Below, in pieces: positions 22,998 through 31,924 of a stretch of 64,000 nt of DNA. Positions within the stretch are counted from its first letter, which is position 1; every line of letters starts with the position of its first letter. This DNA is from an uncultured Actinomycetes bacterium (GTDB lineage: Bacteria; Actinomycetota; UBA4738; HRBIN12), in NCBI GenBank assembly GCA_963816275.1, contig CAWFJU010000005.1, positions 297,636 through 361,635 of the forward strand, given 5' to 3'. The notes under the pieces are model-generated. The model was not told the origin of the DNA, ran no database searches, and saw nothing but the letters and a program-made list of their open reading frames with translations. Position numbers and translations under genes: made by a program.

Positions 22998-23071
22998 CGG
23001 GACGTGGCGCAGCTTGGTAGCGCGCAGCGTTCGGGACGCTGAGGTCGCGGGTTCAAATCCCGCCGTCCCGA
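22998..23071 (+). tRNA. tRNA-Pro (anticodon CGG)
   Basis: Hand-folded cloverleaf: acceptor CGGGACG/CGTCCCG, D-arm GCGC-AGCTTGGTA-GCGC, anticodon arm CAGCG-TTCGGGA-CGCTG, T-arm GCGGG-TTCAAAT-CCCGC, discriminator A, no encoded CCA. Confidence 0.85.
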
Positions 23072-23237
23072 CTCGAGGAGCGCCGGAGGGCGGGCCGCGA
23101 GGCCCGCCCTCCCCGTCGTCCGAGCCCGCCCGCGGTTGTGCCGGGACGTTTGACGCCGAACGACCGGCCCGATAGCCTCGAAGGGGTCAGGTCCCGGAAA
23201 CGGGGCCTTTGCCTTATCCACCGAACCTCGGGAGATC

Positions 23238-24317
23238 ATGACCAGGGCGCGATCACGGATCACACGGCTCGTCGTAGCCGTGGTCTTCGCCCTCCCCGTC
23301 GTCCTCGGTTCCTTCACCCTCAGCTCGTCCGCCGCGCCGTCCAAGGCCGAGGTCGAGGCCGCCCAGGCCAAGGCGCAGCAGCTGGGACACGATCTCGAGC
23401 TCGTGATCGAGCAGTACAACGAGGCCAAGTACCAGATGGAGCTCGTCCAGAAGAAGCTCGCGCAGTCGCTGAAGGCCAAGCAGCAGGCCGAGGCGATCGC
23501 CGCGGCCGCGACGAAACGGCTCGAGGAGCGGGCGGTCGAGGCGTACACGGGCATGGGCTCGCAGGTCGACGTCCTGCTCGAGGCCCAGGATCTCTCCGAG
23601 TTCTCGGATCGGCTCGAGTTCATGGGCTCGATCGCCCAGGGCGACGCCGACCTCGCCACGCAGGCCGACACCGCCCGGCAGCAGGCCGAGTGGGCGACGC
23701 AGCAATACAACACCCAGCTGAAGGCCCGGCAGGCCAGGCTCGACGAGATGGCCGCCAAGCGCGGCGACATCGAGCAGATGCTGCAGGAGCAGCAGCAGCT
23801 CTACGAGACCCTGAACAAGGACTATCAGGACTACCTGGCCGCGCAGGAGGCCGCCGCCTCGGCGGCCGCTGCGGCAGAGGACTCCGCCGCGAGCGGTGGC
23901 GGAGGTGGAGGCGGCTACGGCGGAGGCGGCGGGTTCGTGCCGCCGCCGAACGCCTCGGCCGCCCAGATCGCGATGTCGGCGGCAGCGTCGGTCCTCGGAG
24001 CCCCGTACGTGTGGGGCTCGGCCGACCCGAGCGTCGGGTTCGACTGCTCGGGGCTCACGATGTGGGCGTGGGCGCAGGCGGGCGTGTACCTGCCTCACTC
24101 GTCGGCCTCGCAGTACTCGAGCCTCCCCCACGTGCCCGTGAGCGACATGCAGCCGGGCGACCTGTTGTTCTTCTACAACCCGATCAGCCACGTGGCGCTC
24201 TACGTCGGGAACGGCATGATGATCCACGCCCGGCACCCGGGACCCGGCGGGCAGGTGCAGTACACGCCCGTCGCGGGCTACGGCACACCGGTCGTCGGCG
24301 TCGCCCGCCCGGGCTAG
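23238..24317 (+). CDS. secreted NlpC/P60 peptidoglycan endopeptidase with N-terminal coiled coil (RipA-like)
   Basis: A signal peptide, a long coiled-coil region, a Gly-rich linker, and a C-terminal NlpC/P60 core (GFDCSGLTMWAWAQAG...HVALYVGNGMMIHA). Confidence 0.8.
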   Translation: MTRARSRITRLVVAVVFALPVVLGSFTLSSSAAPSKAEVEAAQAKAQQLGHDLELVIEQYNEAKYQMELVQKKLAQSLKAKQQAEAIAAAATKRLEERAVEAYTGMGSQVDVLLEAQDLSEFSDRLEFMGSIAQGDADLATQADTARQQAEWATQQYNTQLKARQARLDEMAAKRGDIEQMLQEQQQLYETLNKDYQDYLAAQEAAASAAAAAEDSAASGGGGGGGYGGGGGFVPPPNASAAQIAMSAAASVLGAPYVWGSADPSVGFDCSGLTMWAWAQAGVYLPHSSASQYSSLPHVPVSDMQPGDLLFFYNPISHVALYVGNGMMIHARHPGPGGQVQYTPVAGYGTPVVGVARPG

Positions 24318-24357
24318 GTCCCGCCCCTCTCCACACTCGTGCCGTAGGCTCCGCGTC

Positions 24358-24996
24358 GTGGATTCCCCCTACGCGGCTGACCTCGCGCTCGTCGAACGGC
24401 TCCGCGCCGGAGACGAGGACGCGTTCATGGCCCTCGTCGAGAAGCTGCAGCCCTCGATGCTCCGCGTGGCCAGGATGTTCGTTTCCACGCAGGCGGTCGC
24501 CGAGGAGTGCGTGCAGGAATGCTGGCTCGGCGTCCTGCAGGGCCTCGACCGGTTCGAGGGCCGCTCATCGCTGCGCACCTGGATCTTCCGGATCCTCACG
24601 AACATCTCGAAGACGCGCGGGCAGCGCGAGGGACGGAGCGTCCCGTTCGCCTCGCTCGCGGGCGACGACCTCGACGCGCCGTCGTTCGACCCGGCGATGT
24701 TCCTGGGCGAGGGCGAGACCTGGTCCGGCCACTGGTCGAGCCTGCCGAGGGACTGGCGGGGCGTCCCCGAAGACCGGCTCCTCTCGGCCGAGACGCGCGC
24801 GGTCGTGGCCCGCGTGCTCGACGAGCTCCCGCCGATGCAGGCCGAGGTGCTCAGGCTCCGCGACGTCGCGGGCTGGACCTCCGAGGAGGTCCGTAACGCG
24901 CTGGACCTCACCGAGACCAATCAGCGGGTACTCCTGCACCGGGCGCGGGCCAAGGTCCGTCGCGCCCTCGACGAGTACCTGGGAGACGGGGGATGA
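24358..24996 (+). CDS. ECF-family RNA polymerase sigma factor (sigM-like)
   Basis: Region 2 (DEDAFMALVEKLQPSMLRVARMF...ECVQECWLGVL) and region 4 (VLRLRDVAGWTSEEVRNALDLTETNQRVLLHRAR). Confidence 0.8.
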   Translation: MDSPYAADLALVERLRAGDEDAFMALVEKLQPSMLRVARMFVSTQAVAEECVQECWLGVLQGLDRFEGRSSLRTWIFRILTNISKTRGQREGRSVPFASLAGDDLDAPSFDPAMFLGEGETWSGHWSSLPRDWRGVPEDRLLSAETRAVVARVLDELPPMQAEVLRLRDVAGWTSEEVRNALDLTETNQRVLLHRARAKVRRALDEYLGDGG

Positions 24997-25250
24997 CCAC
25001 GGAGGGCGACGTGACCTGCCGCGAGGTGGTGGAGCTGCTCAGCGACTACCTCGACGACGCGATCCCCGCGCTCGACCGGGCACGGCTGGAGGCACACCTC
25101 GCGGCGTGCGACGGGTGCACGGCCGCCCTCGAACAGCTGCGCGAGACGATCCGCGTCACGGGCACGCTCACGGAGGAGCAGGCCGCGCAGGAGCGGCTGG
25201 AACCCGTCCGGAGCGCCTTCCGCGCGTGGCGGAGCGGGGCCGGCGCCTAG
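24993..25250 (+). CDS. zinc-binding anti-sigma factor (ZAS family), translationally coupled (ATGA overlap) to the sigma gene
   Basis: An HxxxCxxC motif (EAHLAACDGC) in an 85-aa protein that overlaps the sigma gene by 4 nt. Confidence 0.7.
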   Translation: MTTEGDVTCREVVELLSDYLDDAIPALDRARLEAHLAACDGCTAALEQLRETIRVTGTLTEEQAAQERLEPVRSAFRAWRSGAGA

Positions 25251-25256
25251 GCGGAC

Positions 25257-25481
25257 TCAGATCGCCGGATCGCCGCCGGTCAGCAGCGTCTCGAGGTCCG
25301 CGAGGCGCACCTTCGCCTGCTGGACCAGCCCGTCGTTACCGATCGCCTCGGCCTCACGCATCGCCTCGGCGAGCAGGTCGGCGGCCTGCTGCGCGCGCGC
25401 GTCGCCCTTCCCGGCGGTCGCGTACTTCAGCTTCTCGTCGGCCTTGATGATCAGCTGGAAGATCTCGTCCGGCGTCGCCAT
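25257..25481 (-). CDS. small helical hypothetical protein (74 aa)
   Basis: An intact ORF immediately downstream of the TrxR gene. No motif recognised. Confidence 0.4.
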   Translation of the reverse strand: MATPDEIFQLIIKADEKLKYATAGKGDARAQQAADLLAEAMREAEAIGNDGLVQQAKVRLADLETLLTGGDPAI

Positions 25482-26701
25482 CTAGACCGCCTCCTCCTGG
25501 TCGATGCGGTCGAGGTATCCGCGGATCTGGATCGCCACCGCCGCGCCCTCGCCCACCGCCGACGCCAGCTGCTTCGTGGAGCCCTGCCGCACGTCCCCGG
25601 CGGCGAACACGCCGGGGAGGTCGGTCATGAACGTCCCGTCGGTCGTCACGAACTTCCGCTCATCAAGGCCGAGCTGACCTTCGAGGAACCCGGTGTTCGG
25701 ATCGAGGCCGACGAACACGAACACGCCGGCGGGATGCCGCTCGACGAGCTCGCCCGTGACGCGATCCTGGATCGTGACCGTGCCGAGCTTGCCGCTGCCG
25801 TCGTCCTTCGCGGCGAAGGATCGCACGTCGTGCTTGAGCAGGATCTCCATCTTCAGGATGGTTCATCACCTTGTCCTGCAGGATCTTCGAGCCGCGCAAC
25901 TGGTCGCCGTGCTCGACGACGGTGACGAGGTCGCAGAACTGCGTCAGGAAGAGACCTTCCTCGAGACCGCTGTTCCCACCGCCGATCACGAGCAGCTCCT
26001 CGGCGCCCTGGTAGAAGGGCCCGTCGCACGTGGCGCAGAAATGGATGCCCGCGCCGATCAGGTCGTCCTCGCCCTCGGCGTCGGTGCGCCGGTACGACGA
26101 CCCGGTCGCGATCAACACGGCGCGCGCGTGGTAGTGGTCGCCCGTGGCCGTCTCGATGTCGAGCGAGCGGTGCCCTTCGTCGGTGACGTTCGTGACGCTC
26201 ACGGCTTGGAGCATCTCGACGCCGTATCGCTCCGCCTGCTTCACGAAGCGGTCCGCCAGCTCGGCGCCCGCGATCCCCTCGGGGAAGCCGGGGTAGTTGT
26301 CGAGCCGCTCGGTCACGCCCGCCTGCCCGCCCAGCCCCTTCGAATCGATCACGAGCGTGTCGAGGTTCTCGCGGGCCGCGTAGATCGCGGTGGTGAGCCC
26401 GGTCGGCCCGCCGCCGACGATCACGAGGTCGTAGACGTGCATGTCGGCGACCCGCGCGATGCCGAGTTTGTCGGCAAGCTCTTCGTTCGAGGGCTCGGCC
26501 AGATGCGAACCGTCGGGGAAGACGACCGTGGGGATCGTCCGTTTGCCGTCGTTCTTCGCCTCGACGACCCCCACGAGTTCCGGGCGCTGCTCGATGTCGT
26601 GCCAGACGTACGGGACACGCTGGTCGGCCAGGAACTTCTTCGCGCGACGGCAGTCGGGACACCAGCTGGCGCCGTACAGCTCGATCTCGGTCATCGCTCG
26701 C
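25482..26701 (-). CDS. trxB: glutaredoxin/NrdH-like domain fused to thioredoxin-disulfide reductase, with one frame change near 25857
   Basis: N-terminal MTEIELYGASWCPDCRRAKKFL (CPxC redoxin). FAD/NAD motifs VIVGGGPTG, CATCDG, VIGGGNSGLEE. A C-terminal 122-aa ORF (GVFAAGDVR) lies in a different frame. Confidence 0.75.
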
Positions 26702-26902
26702 TCTCCACTTCGGTCCTCGGGTGCTGCGGGCACGGTCTCCGCCGACCGGGCCGACGTTACAGCCGTCACGCGTCCCGTGTACGGGGGCATGAACCCCCGT
26801 GGAACACCCAGGGAACCCTCCGCGATACCCCTGTCGTTCCCCAGGATCGGGCCCCGAGACTGTCGCGAGCCGGAACGACGACGACCCACGGAGGTGTGGG
26901 AG

Positions 26903-27118
26903 ATGACGACCGATCTGCAGCTCAACCCGGGGGAGGCGCGACGGCTCGTCCTCGGCATGGTCTTCCGACAGCCCGAGGACCAGTGGAGCCCGCACCGGCT
27001 CGCCAGCACGCTGGGGCTGCCCACGTCGGCCGTGAGCCGCGCGCTCGACGAGCTCGCGCAGGCCGGCCTCGTCACCAAGGTCGACGACGAGTACCTGCCG
27101 GGGATCTCGCTCGACTGA
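26903..27118 (+). CDS. small winged-helix (MarR/ArsR-like) DNA-binding protein
   Basis: A 71-aa ORF (LASTLGLPTSAVSRALDELAQAGLVTKV). Confidence 0.4.
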   Translation: MTTDLQLNPGEARRLVLGMVFRQPEDQWSPHRLASTLGLPTSAVSRALDELAQAGLVTKVDDEYLPGISLD

Positions 27119-27132
27119 GACCCGGAGCTCCG

Positions 27133-28055
27133 TCAGGGGAGTCCCCTCGAGCCGATCAGCGACGCCAGCGCCCCGGCCTCGGCCTCGATCGCCTCGCGCT
27201 CGGCCAGGGTCGCCAGCCAATCCACCGGGAGCCCGCTCCGACCGAAGCGAGCGCCCAGGAGCGCGCCGGCAACCGCGGCGTTCGTGTCGGTGTCGCCGCC
27301 GTAAGCGACCACCTCCCGGAACCCGGCCTCGGCGCTCGGAGCCTCCCCGGCCACGCGGAGCGCCACCCCCGCCGTGAAGAGCGTGAACCCCATGTCGGGG
27401 CCGTCGATCGGGCGGGCACGACCCGCTTCGGCGGCGAGGTACTCGAGCTCCTCGCCGCCCTCGCGATCGGACACCGCGGCGACCGCGGCGAGGATCGCGC
27501 GACCGGCGGCCTCCCCACGCACGAGCCCGGCCACCGCGAGGGTCACGGCGAGGCACGCCGTGCGGCAGCGTTCGTCCCAGTGGGTGAGGGCGCTCAGGGC
27601 CGGCGCCTCGTCGACCAGCCGAGCCGGATCCGCGCCCGCGCGACGCCGAGGGGCGCGCAGTACATCACCGACCCGTTGCCGGCGCTCACCTCGGGGCCGC
27701 GCTGCTCGACGTACGCACGCGCCGGATCCGGCGCGCCGTCGCGCCACCCGGTGAGCACCTTCCGCGTGAGGTTCCCGACGTCGGGGGGACCGGTCGCGAG
27801 CCACATGAGGTGCCGCGAGAGCACGTCCCCGAGATCCAGGGCGCCCTCGCGGTCGATCAGCGACAACCACAGGTTCCGCGCCATCGCGGTGTCGTCGGTC
27901 CAGGCCCCGGGCGGCAGGCCCATCCACGGCAGCTCGAACGCCGGCAGCGGCGAGGAGATCGCGTCGCGTCGACGGAACTCGAACGGTGCTCCCAGCGCAT
28001 CGCCGAGCGCGAGGCCGAGGACGCTCCCCACCGCGCGATCGCCCATCCCGTCCAC
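27133..28055 (-). CDS. ADP-ribosylglycohydrolase family protein, with 1 or more frame changes near 27600
   Basis: N-terminal GSVLGLALGDALGAPFEF...WTDDTAM, and a C-terminal VVAYGGDTDTNAAVAGALLGARFG in another frame. Confidence 0.65.
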
Positions 28056-28245
28056 GTGCGTAGCCTAGCGGGGCCACCTCTCGGCCCGGCTGGTATCTTC
28101 GATGGGCACCGAGGGCACGAGTTTCCGCAGGTCACCTGCCCTTTCAGGTGAACATTCCACGGTCCGGGGTCGATGGCCCGACGCCCTGACCAGCGGGAAC
28201 ACCCTGCAGTCGAGGGCCAAACAGGGACACGAGCACATGGACAAG

Positions 28246-28839
28246 ATCGGACCGAAGCACCGCACCTGTCGACGGGTCGGCGCCGCGCTCTGCGGCCGCC
28301 CGAACTGCCCGTCGAACAAGCGCCCCTACCCGCCCGGGCAGCACGGGCGAGGTCGCAAGCGCATCTCGGAGTACCAGACGCGACTGGTCGAGAAACAGAA
28401 GCTCCGCACGATCTACGGCGTGAGCGAGAGCCAGATGCGCGCGTACTACGAGCGTGCGGCCGCCTCGATGGGCGTCACGGGCGAGGAGCTGATCCGTCAG
28501 CTCGAGACCCGGCTCGACACCGTGGTGCTCCGGCTCGGTTTCGCCCTCACGACCCGCCAGGCTCGCCAGCTCGTGTCCCACGGCCACGTCACCGTCGACG
28601 GGAAGCGACTGAACGTCCCGAGCGCGCGTGTGAAGCCTGGCCAGACCGTCGAGATCACGCCGAAGGCGAAGAACTTCGTCGCCGTCCGCGAGGCCGTACA
28701 GATCACGGCCGACCCCCCCACCTACCTGTACCGGAACAAGGACGAGCTCTCCGGCACGCTCAGCCGTCTGCCCGAGCGGGACGAGGTTCCGCTCCCGGTC
28801 GACGTCGAAGAGCGCCTTATCGTTGAGTTCTACTCCTGA
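28246..28839 (+). CDS. rpsD: 30S ribosomal protein S4
   Basis: Full-length match to S4 (PGQHG...KLSEYQ...KQKLRTIYGV...GFALTTRQARQLVSHGHVTVDG...LIVEFYS). Intact. Confidence 0.95.
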   Translation: MGPKHRTCRRVGAALCGRPNCPSNKRPYPPGQHGRGRKRISEYQTRLVEKQKLRTIYGVSESQMRAYYERAAASMGVTGEELIRQLETRLDTVVLRLGFALTTRQARQLVSHGHVTVDGKRLNVPSARVKPGQTVEITPKAKNFVAVREAVQITADPPTYLYRNKDELSGTLSRLPERDEVPLPVDVEERLIVEFYS

Positions 28840-28938
28840 TCGACGGGTCGAACGTCCCGATCTAGGTGGGCCGGAACGGTCGACAGCTATCGTTCGCTTG
28901 GGGTACAACACATGCATCAGAACCCGAAGGAGTCATGG

Positions 28939-29631
28939 ATGAAGCACCGCAGTCGTTCTCTGGTTTCCCTCATGCTCGCGGTCGGCCTGCTCGCCGCGAT
29001 GGCGCCGTCGGCGTCCGCCAAGATGTACGTCGGAGATGCCTTCAACGGCACCTCGCTCCGGCCGGCATGGAAGCAGGTGGACGCGACCTGGCGGGCGGCT
29101 GGCGGCGCTGCGCGCGTGAACCCGATGTCCGTCGATGACTTCGCCAACATCGGCTACGCCGTGATCAACATGAAGGGCACGCACAAGGCGGGCCTGCGGA
29201 TCTCGAGCCAGGTCCGGCTGAGCCCCGGCAAGTCCAACGTCGGGATCGTGGGTCCCTACAAGAACGTCGAGAACCACATGATGTGCCGCGTCGAGGTCAC
29301 GCCGGCGCACCCCCTCGGCATGGTGGCCCTCGGACGCCGGGTCAACGGCAACGAGCCGTTCATGATGAAGGAGAAGGTCGGCCTGAACCTGAAGTCCGGT
29401 GCCGTCTACAAGCTGGTCACCGAGCGCCACAACAAGATCGTCACGTGCGCGCTCTGGGACAAGGGCCTGAACGTCACCACCCTCCGCTACAAGCTGAAGC
29501 CCAAGGACCTGCACTCCTACGGCCTCGGGAAGAAGGCCGGGCTGCGGATCCGGCTCGTCGCCCGCGGCAACCGCCGCGACGAGGACGACGGCCGCTCCAG
29601 GTTCCTGGACTTCCACGTCTCGTCGATCTGA
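28939..29631 (+). CDS. secreted protein of unknown family, paralog A
   Basis: RBS AAGGAG upstream. Signal peptide MKHRSRSLVSLMLAVGLLAAMAPSASA. Shares GTSLR..W..VDA.WR, IGYAV.N, RLSPG.SNVG, CxVEVTP.HP and a C-terminal DEDDGRSRFLDF with the next gene. Confidence 0.6.
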   Translation: MKHRSRSLVSLMLAVGLLAAMAPSASAKMYVGDAFNGTSLRPAWKQVDATWRAAGGAARVNPMSVDDFANIGYAVINMKGTHKAGLRISSQVRLSPGKSNVGIVGPYKNVENHMMCRVEVTPAHPLGMVALGRRVNGNEPFMMKEKVGLNLKSGAVYKLVTERHNKIVTCALWDKGLNVTTLRYKLKPKDLHSYGLGKKAGLRIRLVARGNRRDEDDGRSRFLDFHVSSI

Positions 29632-29687
29632 CCCGCAGGGATCCGCTCGGTTCCCCGGCCCCGCTCGAGGGGAGTACCCTCGAGCCC

Positions 29688-30386
29688 ATGCGTGGGCCGG
29701 GAACCGTTCGATCCCTGGTCGTGGGGTCGCTGACCGCCCTCATCCTGGTCGGCAGCGCCTCGATGGCCTCGGCCGCCGTGCTCGTGCGCGACGGGTTCGG
29801 CGGAACCTCGCTCCGGGCGTTCTGGCGAGAGGTCGACGCGCGCTGGAGGGTCGGGGCCGGCGCCCTCCACGTGCAGAAACGCAGCGTCGACCACATCACG
29901 CACATCGGCTACGCCGTCGCGAACCTCGGCGGTGCCCATCCGTCCGGTGTGCGGGTGTCCACCCGCATCCGACTCAGTCCCGGCCAATCGAACGTCGGGC
30001 TGGCCGCGCCCTTCCGTGACGCCGGGAACAACCTCTTCTGCAAGGTGGAGGTCACGCCGGGTCACCCCAAAGGGGAGGCGGCGATCGGACGCCGCCGCAA
30101 CGCCGGCACCCCCTCGATCCTCGTGCGACGCGGCGGATTGGGCCTCGCTCAGGGTGCCGTGTACCGCCTCACCGTCGAGCGACGCGGGCGGGCCGTCACG
30201 TGTTCCGTCCAGCGGAACGGAGCCGTGGTCACCGCCTTCCGCTATCGCATGACCCGCACGGACCTCCACGACTTCGGGCGAGGAACCAAAGCGGGGGTGC
30301 GCATCAAGGTGGTCGATGGCGGCGGGGGCAAGGACGAGGACGACGGCCGCTCGCGCTTCCTCGACTTCCGGGCGACGACGATCTAG
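29688..30386 (+). CDS. secreted protein of unknown family, paralog B (tandem duplicate of 28939..29631)
   Basis: Signal peptide MRGPGTVRSLVVGSLTALILVGSASMASA. Same conserved blocks, ending KDEDDGRSRFLDFRATTI. Confidence 0.6.
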   Translation: MRGPGTVRSLVVGSLTALILVGSASMASAAVLVRDGFGGTSLRAFWREVDARWRVGAGALHVQKRSVDHITHIGYAVANLGGAHPSGVRVSTRIRLSPGQSNVGLAAPFRDAGNNLFCKVEVTPGHPKGEAAIGRRRNAGTPSILVRRGGLGLAQGAVYRLTVERRGRAVTCSVQRNGAVVTAFRYRMTRTDLHDFGRGTKAGVRIKVVDGGGGKDEDDGRSRFLDFRATTI

Positions 30387-31000
30387 TCCTCCCGCTCCGG
30401 AGGCTGCAGCGCGGCCCGCACGAACGCGACCACCTCGCGCTCGCGGCGGCGCAGCGACTGGCGGCTCTTGTCGGGACCGACCACCGCGTTGAGGACACTG
30501 GCCTCCGTGAGCGACCCGACCACCGCCGTGTAGAGGGTGAACAACAACAGGGCGGGGTCCTGCTTGCGGATCTCGCCCTGATCCATGCCTGCCTGGAGGA
30601 AGTCGATCGCCCGGCGACGGAGGGGATCGAGTCCGCCTGCGAACCGGTCGAAGGCATCGGGGCCGAGCCGACCGGCCTCCCGCACGAACATCGGGAACTC
30701 GGGCCATTCCGCCGCGAGCGTGAACACCGCGTGGATCACGGCCTCGGCCCGGTCCCAGTAAGTCTCCTTGCCCTCGAGAGCAGCGGCGATCTCGAGCATC
30801 AGTCGCTTCCCCGCGGCCGAGAGACAGGCCTCGAGCAGCGCGTCCTTGTTCGGGAAGTAGTACAGGACGGTCTGTTTGCGCACGCCGACCGCGTTCGCGA
30901 TGTGGTCCAGGCTCGCACCGCGATACCCGTCGCGACCGAACTGGCGGATCGCCTCCTCGACGATCGTGCCGCGCCGCGCCTGGCCGTCACCGCGGGGCAC
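30383..31000 (-). CDS. TetR-family transcriptional regulator
   Basis: N-terminal HTH (GYRGASLDHIANAVGVRKQTVLYYFPNKDALL). The GTG start lies 2 nt after the stop of the upstream acyltransferase gene. Confidence 0.75.
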   Translation of the reverse strand: MPRGDGQARRGTIVEEAIRQFGRDGYRGASLDHIANAVGVRKQTVLYYFPNKDALLEACLSAAGKRLMLEIAAALEGKETYWDRAEAVIHAVFTLAAEWPEFPMFVREAGRLGPDAFDRFAGGLDPLRRRAIDFLQAGMDQGEIRKQDPALLLFTLYTAVVGSLTEASVLNAVVGPDKSRQSLRRREREVVAFVRAALQPPERED

Positions 31001-31002
31001 GG

Positions 31003-31914
31003 CTAGTCCCAGGTCGAGGAGGATCGCCGCGTCGGCACCGGGCGTGAGCCCTCCCAGCGGCGGAGCCAGTCGGGGCCGGTCGGACCGTGGAGCGACGGGG
31101 TCTCGCCCTGTTCCGCTCGGTGCAGCGCCTCCCACCACGTCGAACGATCCTCGTCGTGGAGCTCGGCGACGGCCTGGGTCATCCGCAACGAGAACGACTG
31201 ATGCGTCTCGCCTTCCTCGGGATAGATCGGGGCGCCGAACCGCACGTTCACCGGTGGTCGGCCGGCCTTCGGCCAGTTCGAGCCTTTGGGCCACGCCTGA
31301 TAGGCGCCCCGGATCGCGATCGGCGCCGCGCCTACGTCTGCCTCGATGCAGAGCCTCGCGGTGCCGTGGCGGAACCGCTGCACGTGTCCGTCGGGCGAGC
31401 GCGCCCCCTCGGGGAAGACCACGAGCGACCATCCCTCGTCGAGCAGCTCGCGCGCCTTCGTGACGGCACCCCGGCCGCCCTTGGCTCGGTCGATCGGGAA
31501 CCCGCCGTACACGAGTGCCGTGAATGCCTGCCGCCACCAGACGTCGAAGAAGTAGTCGCGGGCCGCGCCCACGGCCGTCTTTGACTGCCAGCGGTCGGGG
31601 AGCGACGTCATGATGATCGTCGCGTCGAGATGGCTCGTGTGGTTCGAGTAGAAGATCAGCGGCGCCTTGACGCCCTCCAGCACGTCGCGGCCGTAGACCT
31701 TGAGGGCCACCTCGTTGCGGAGCATCGGCAGGATCATCGACTTCAGGATGACCTGACGTGCCGCGGTGCCCGCCTCGGTGCGTGCCCAGTCCGTCGGGAA
31801 CGTCCGATCCTCGCGCTCGAGCGCGTACGGCTCGGCGGAGCGGGGCACCATCGGCCGGCGGCCCCAGCGGAACCCCTCGGCCATCCCCTTCAACTCGTCG
31901 CGCAGCCCGGCCAT
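31003..31914 (-). CDS. 1-acyl-sn-glycerol-3-phosphate acyltransferase family (PlsC/LPLAT)
   Basis: HX4D motif (NHTSHLD), FPEGARS and GAPIYP blocks. Confidence 0.7.
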   Translation of the reverse strand: MAGLRDELKGMAEGFRWGRRPMVPRSAEPYALEREDRTFPTDWARTEAGTAARQVILKSMILPMLRNEVALKVYGRDVLEGVKAPLIFYSNHTSHLDATIIMTSLPDRWQSKTAVGAARDYFFDVWWRQAFTALVYGGFPIDRAKGGRGAVTKARELLDEGWSLVVFPEGARSPDGHVQRFRHGTARLCIEADVGAAPIAIRGAYQAWPKGSNWPKAGRPPVNVRFGAPIYPEEGETHQSFSLRMTQAVAELHDEDRSTWWEALHRAEQGETPSLHGPTGPDWLRRWEGSRPVPTRRSSSTWD

Positions 31915-31924
31915 CAGAGGCTCC

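Noticed and set aside
22930-23240. Possible tRNA-Sec (selC), given the selA and selB remnants
   Set aside because: The only tRNA folds as a standard 74-nt tRNA-Pro with anticodon CGG and a normal 7/5 acceptor/T arrangement. There is no long variable arm or 8-bp acceptor stem.
28100-28246. S4-binding leader pseudoknot upstream of rpsD (hairpin CACCTG-N7-CAGGTG near 28165-28190)
   Set aside because: A short hairpin is present, but I cannot establish the pseudoknot or conservation by eye, so I did not call it as a feature.
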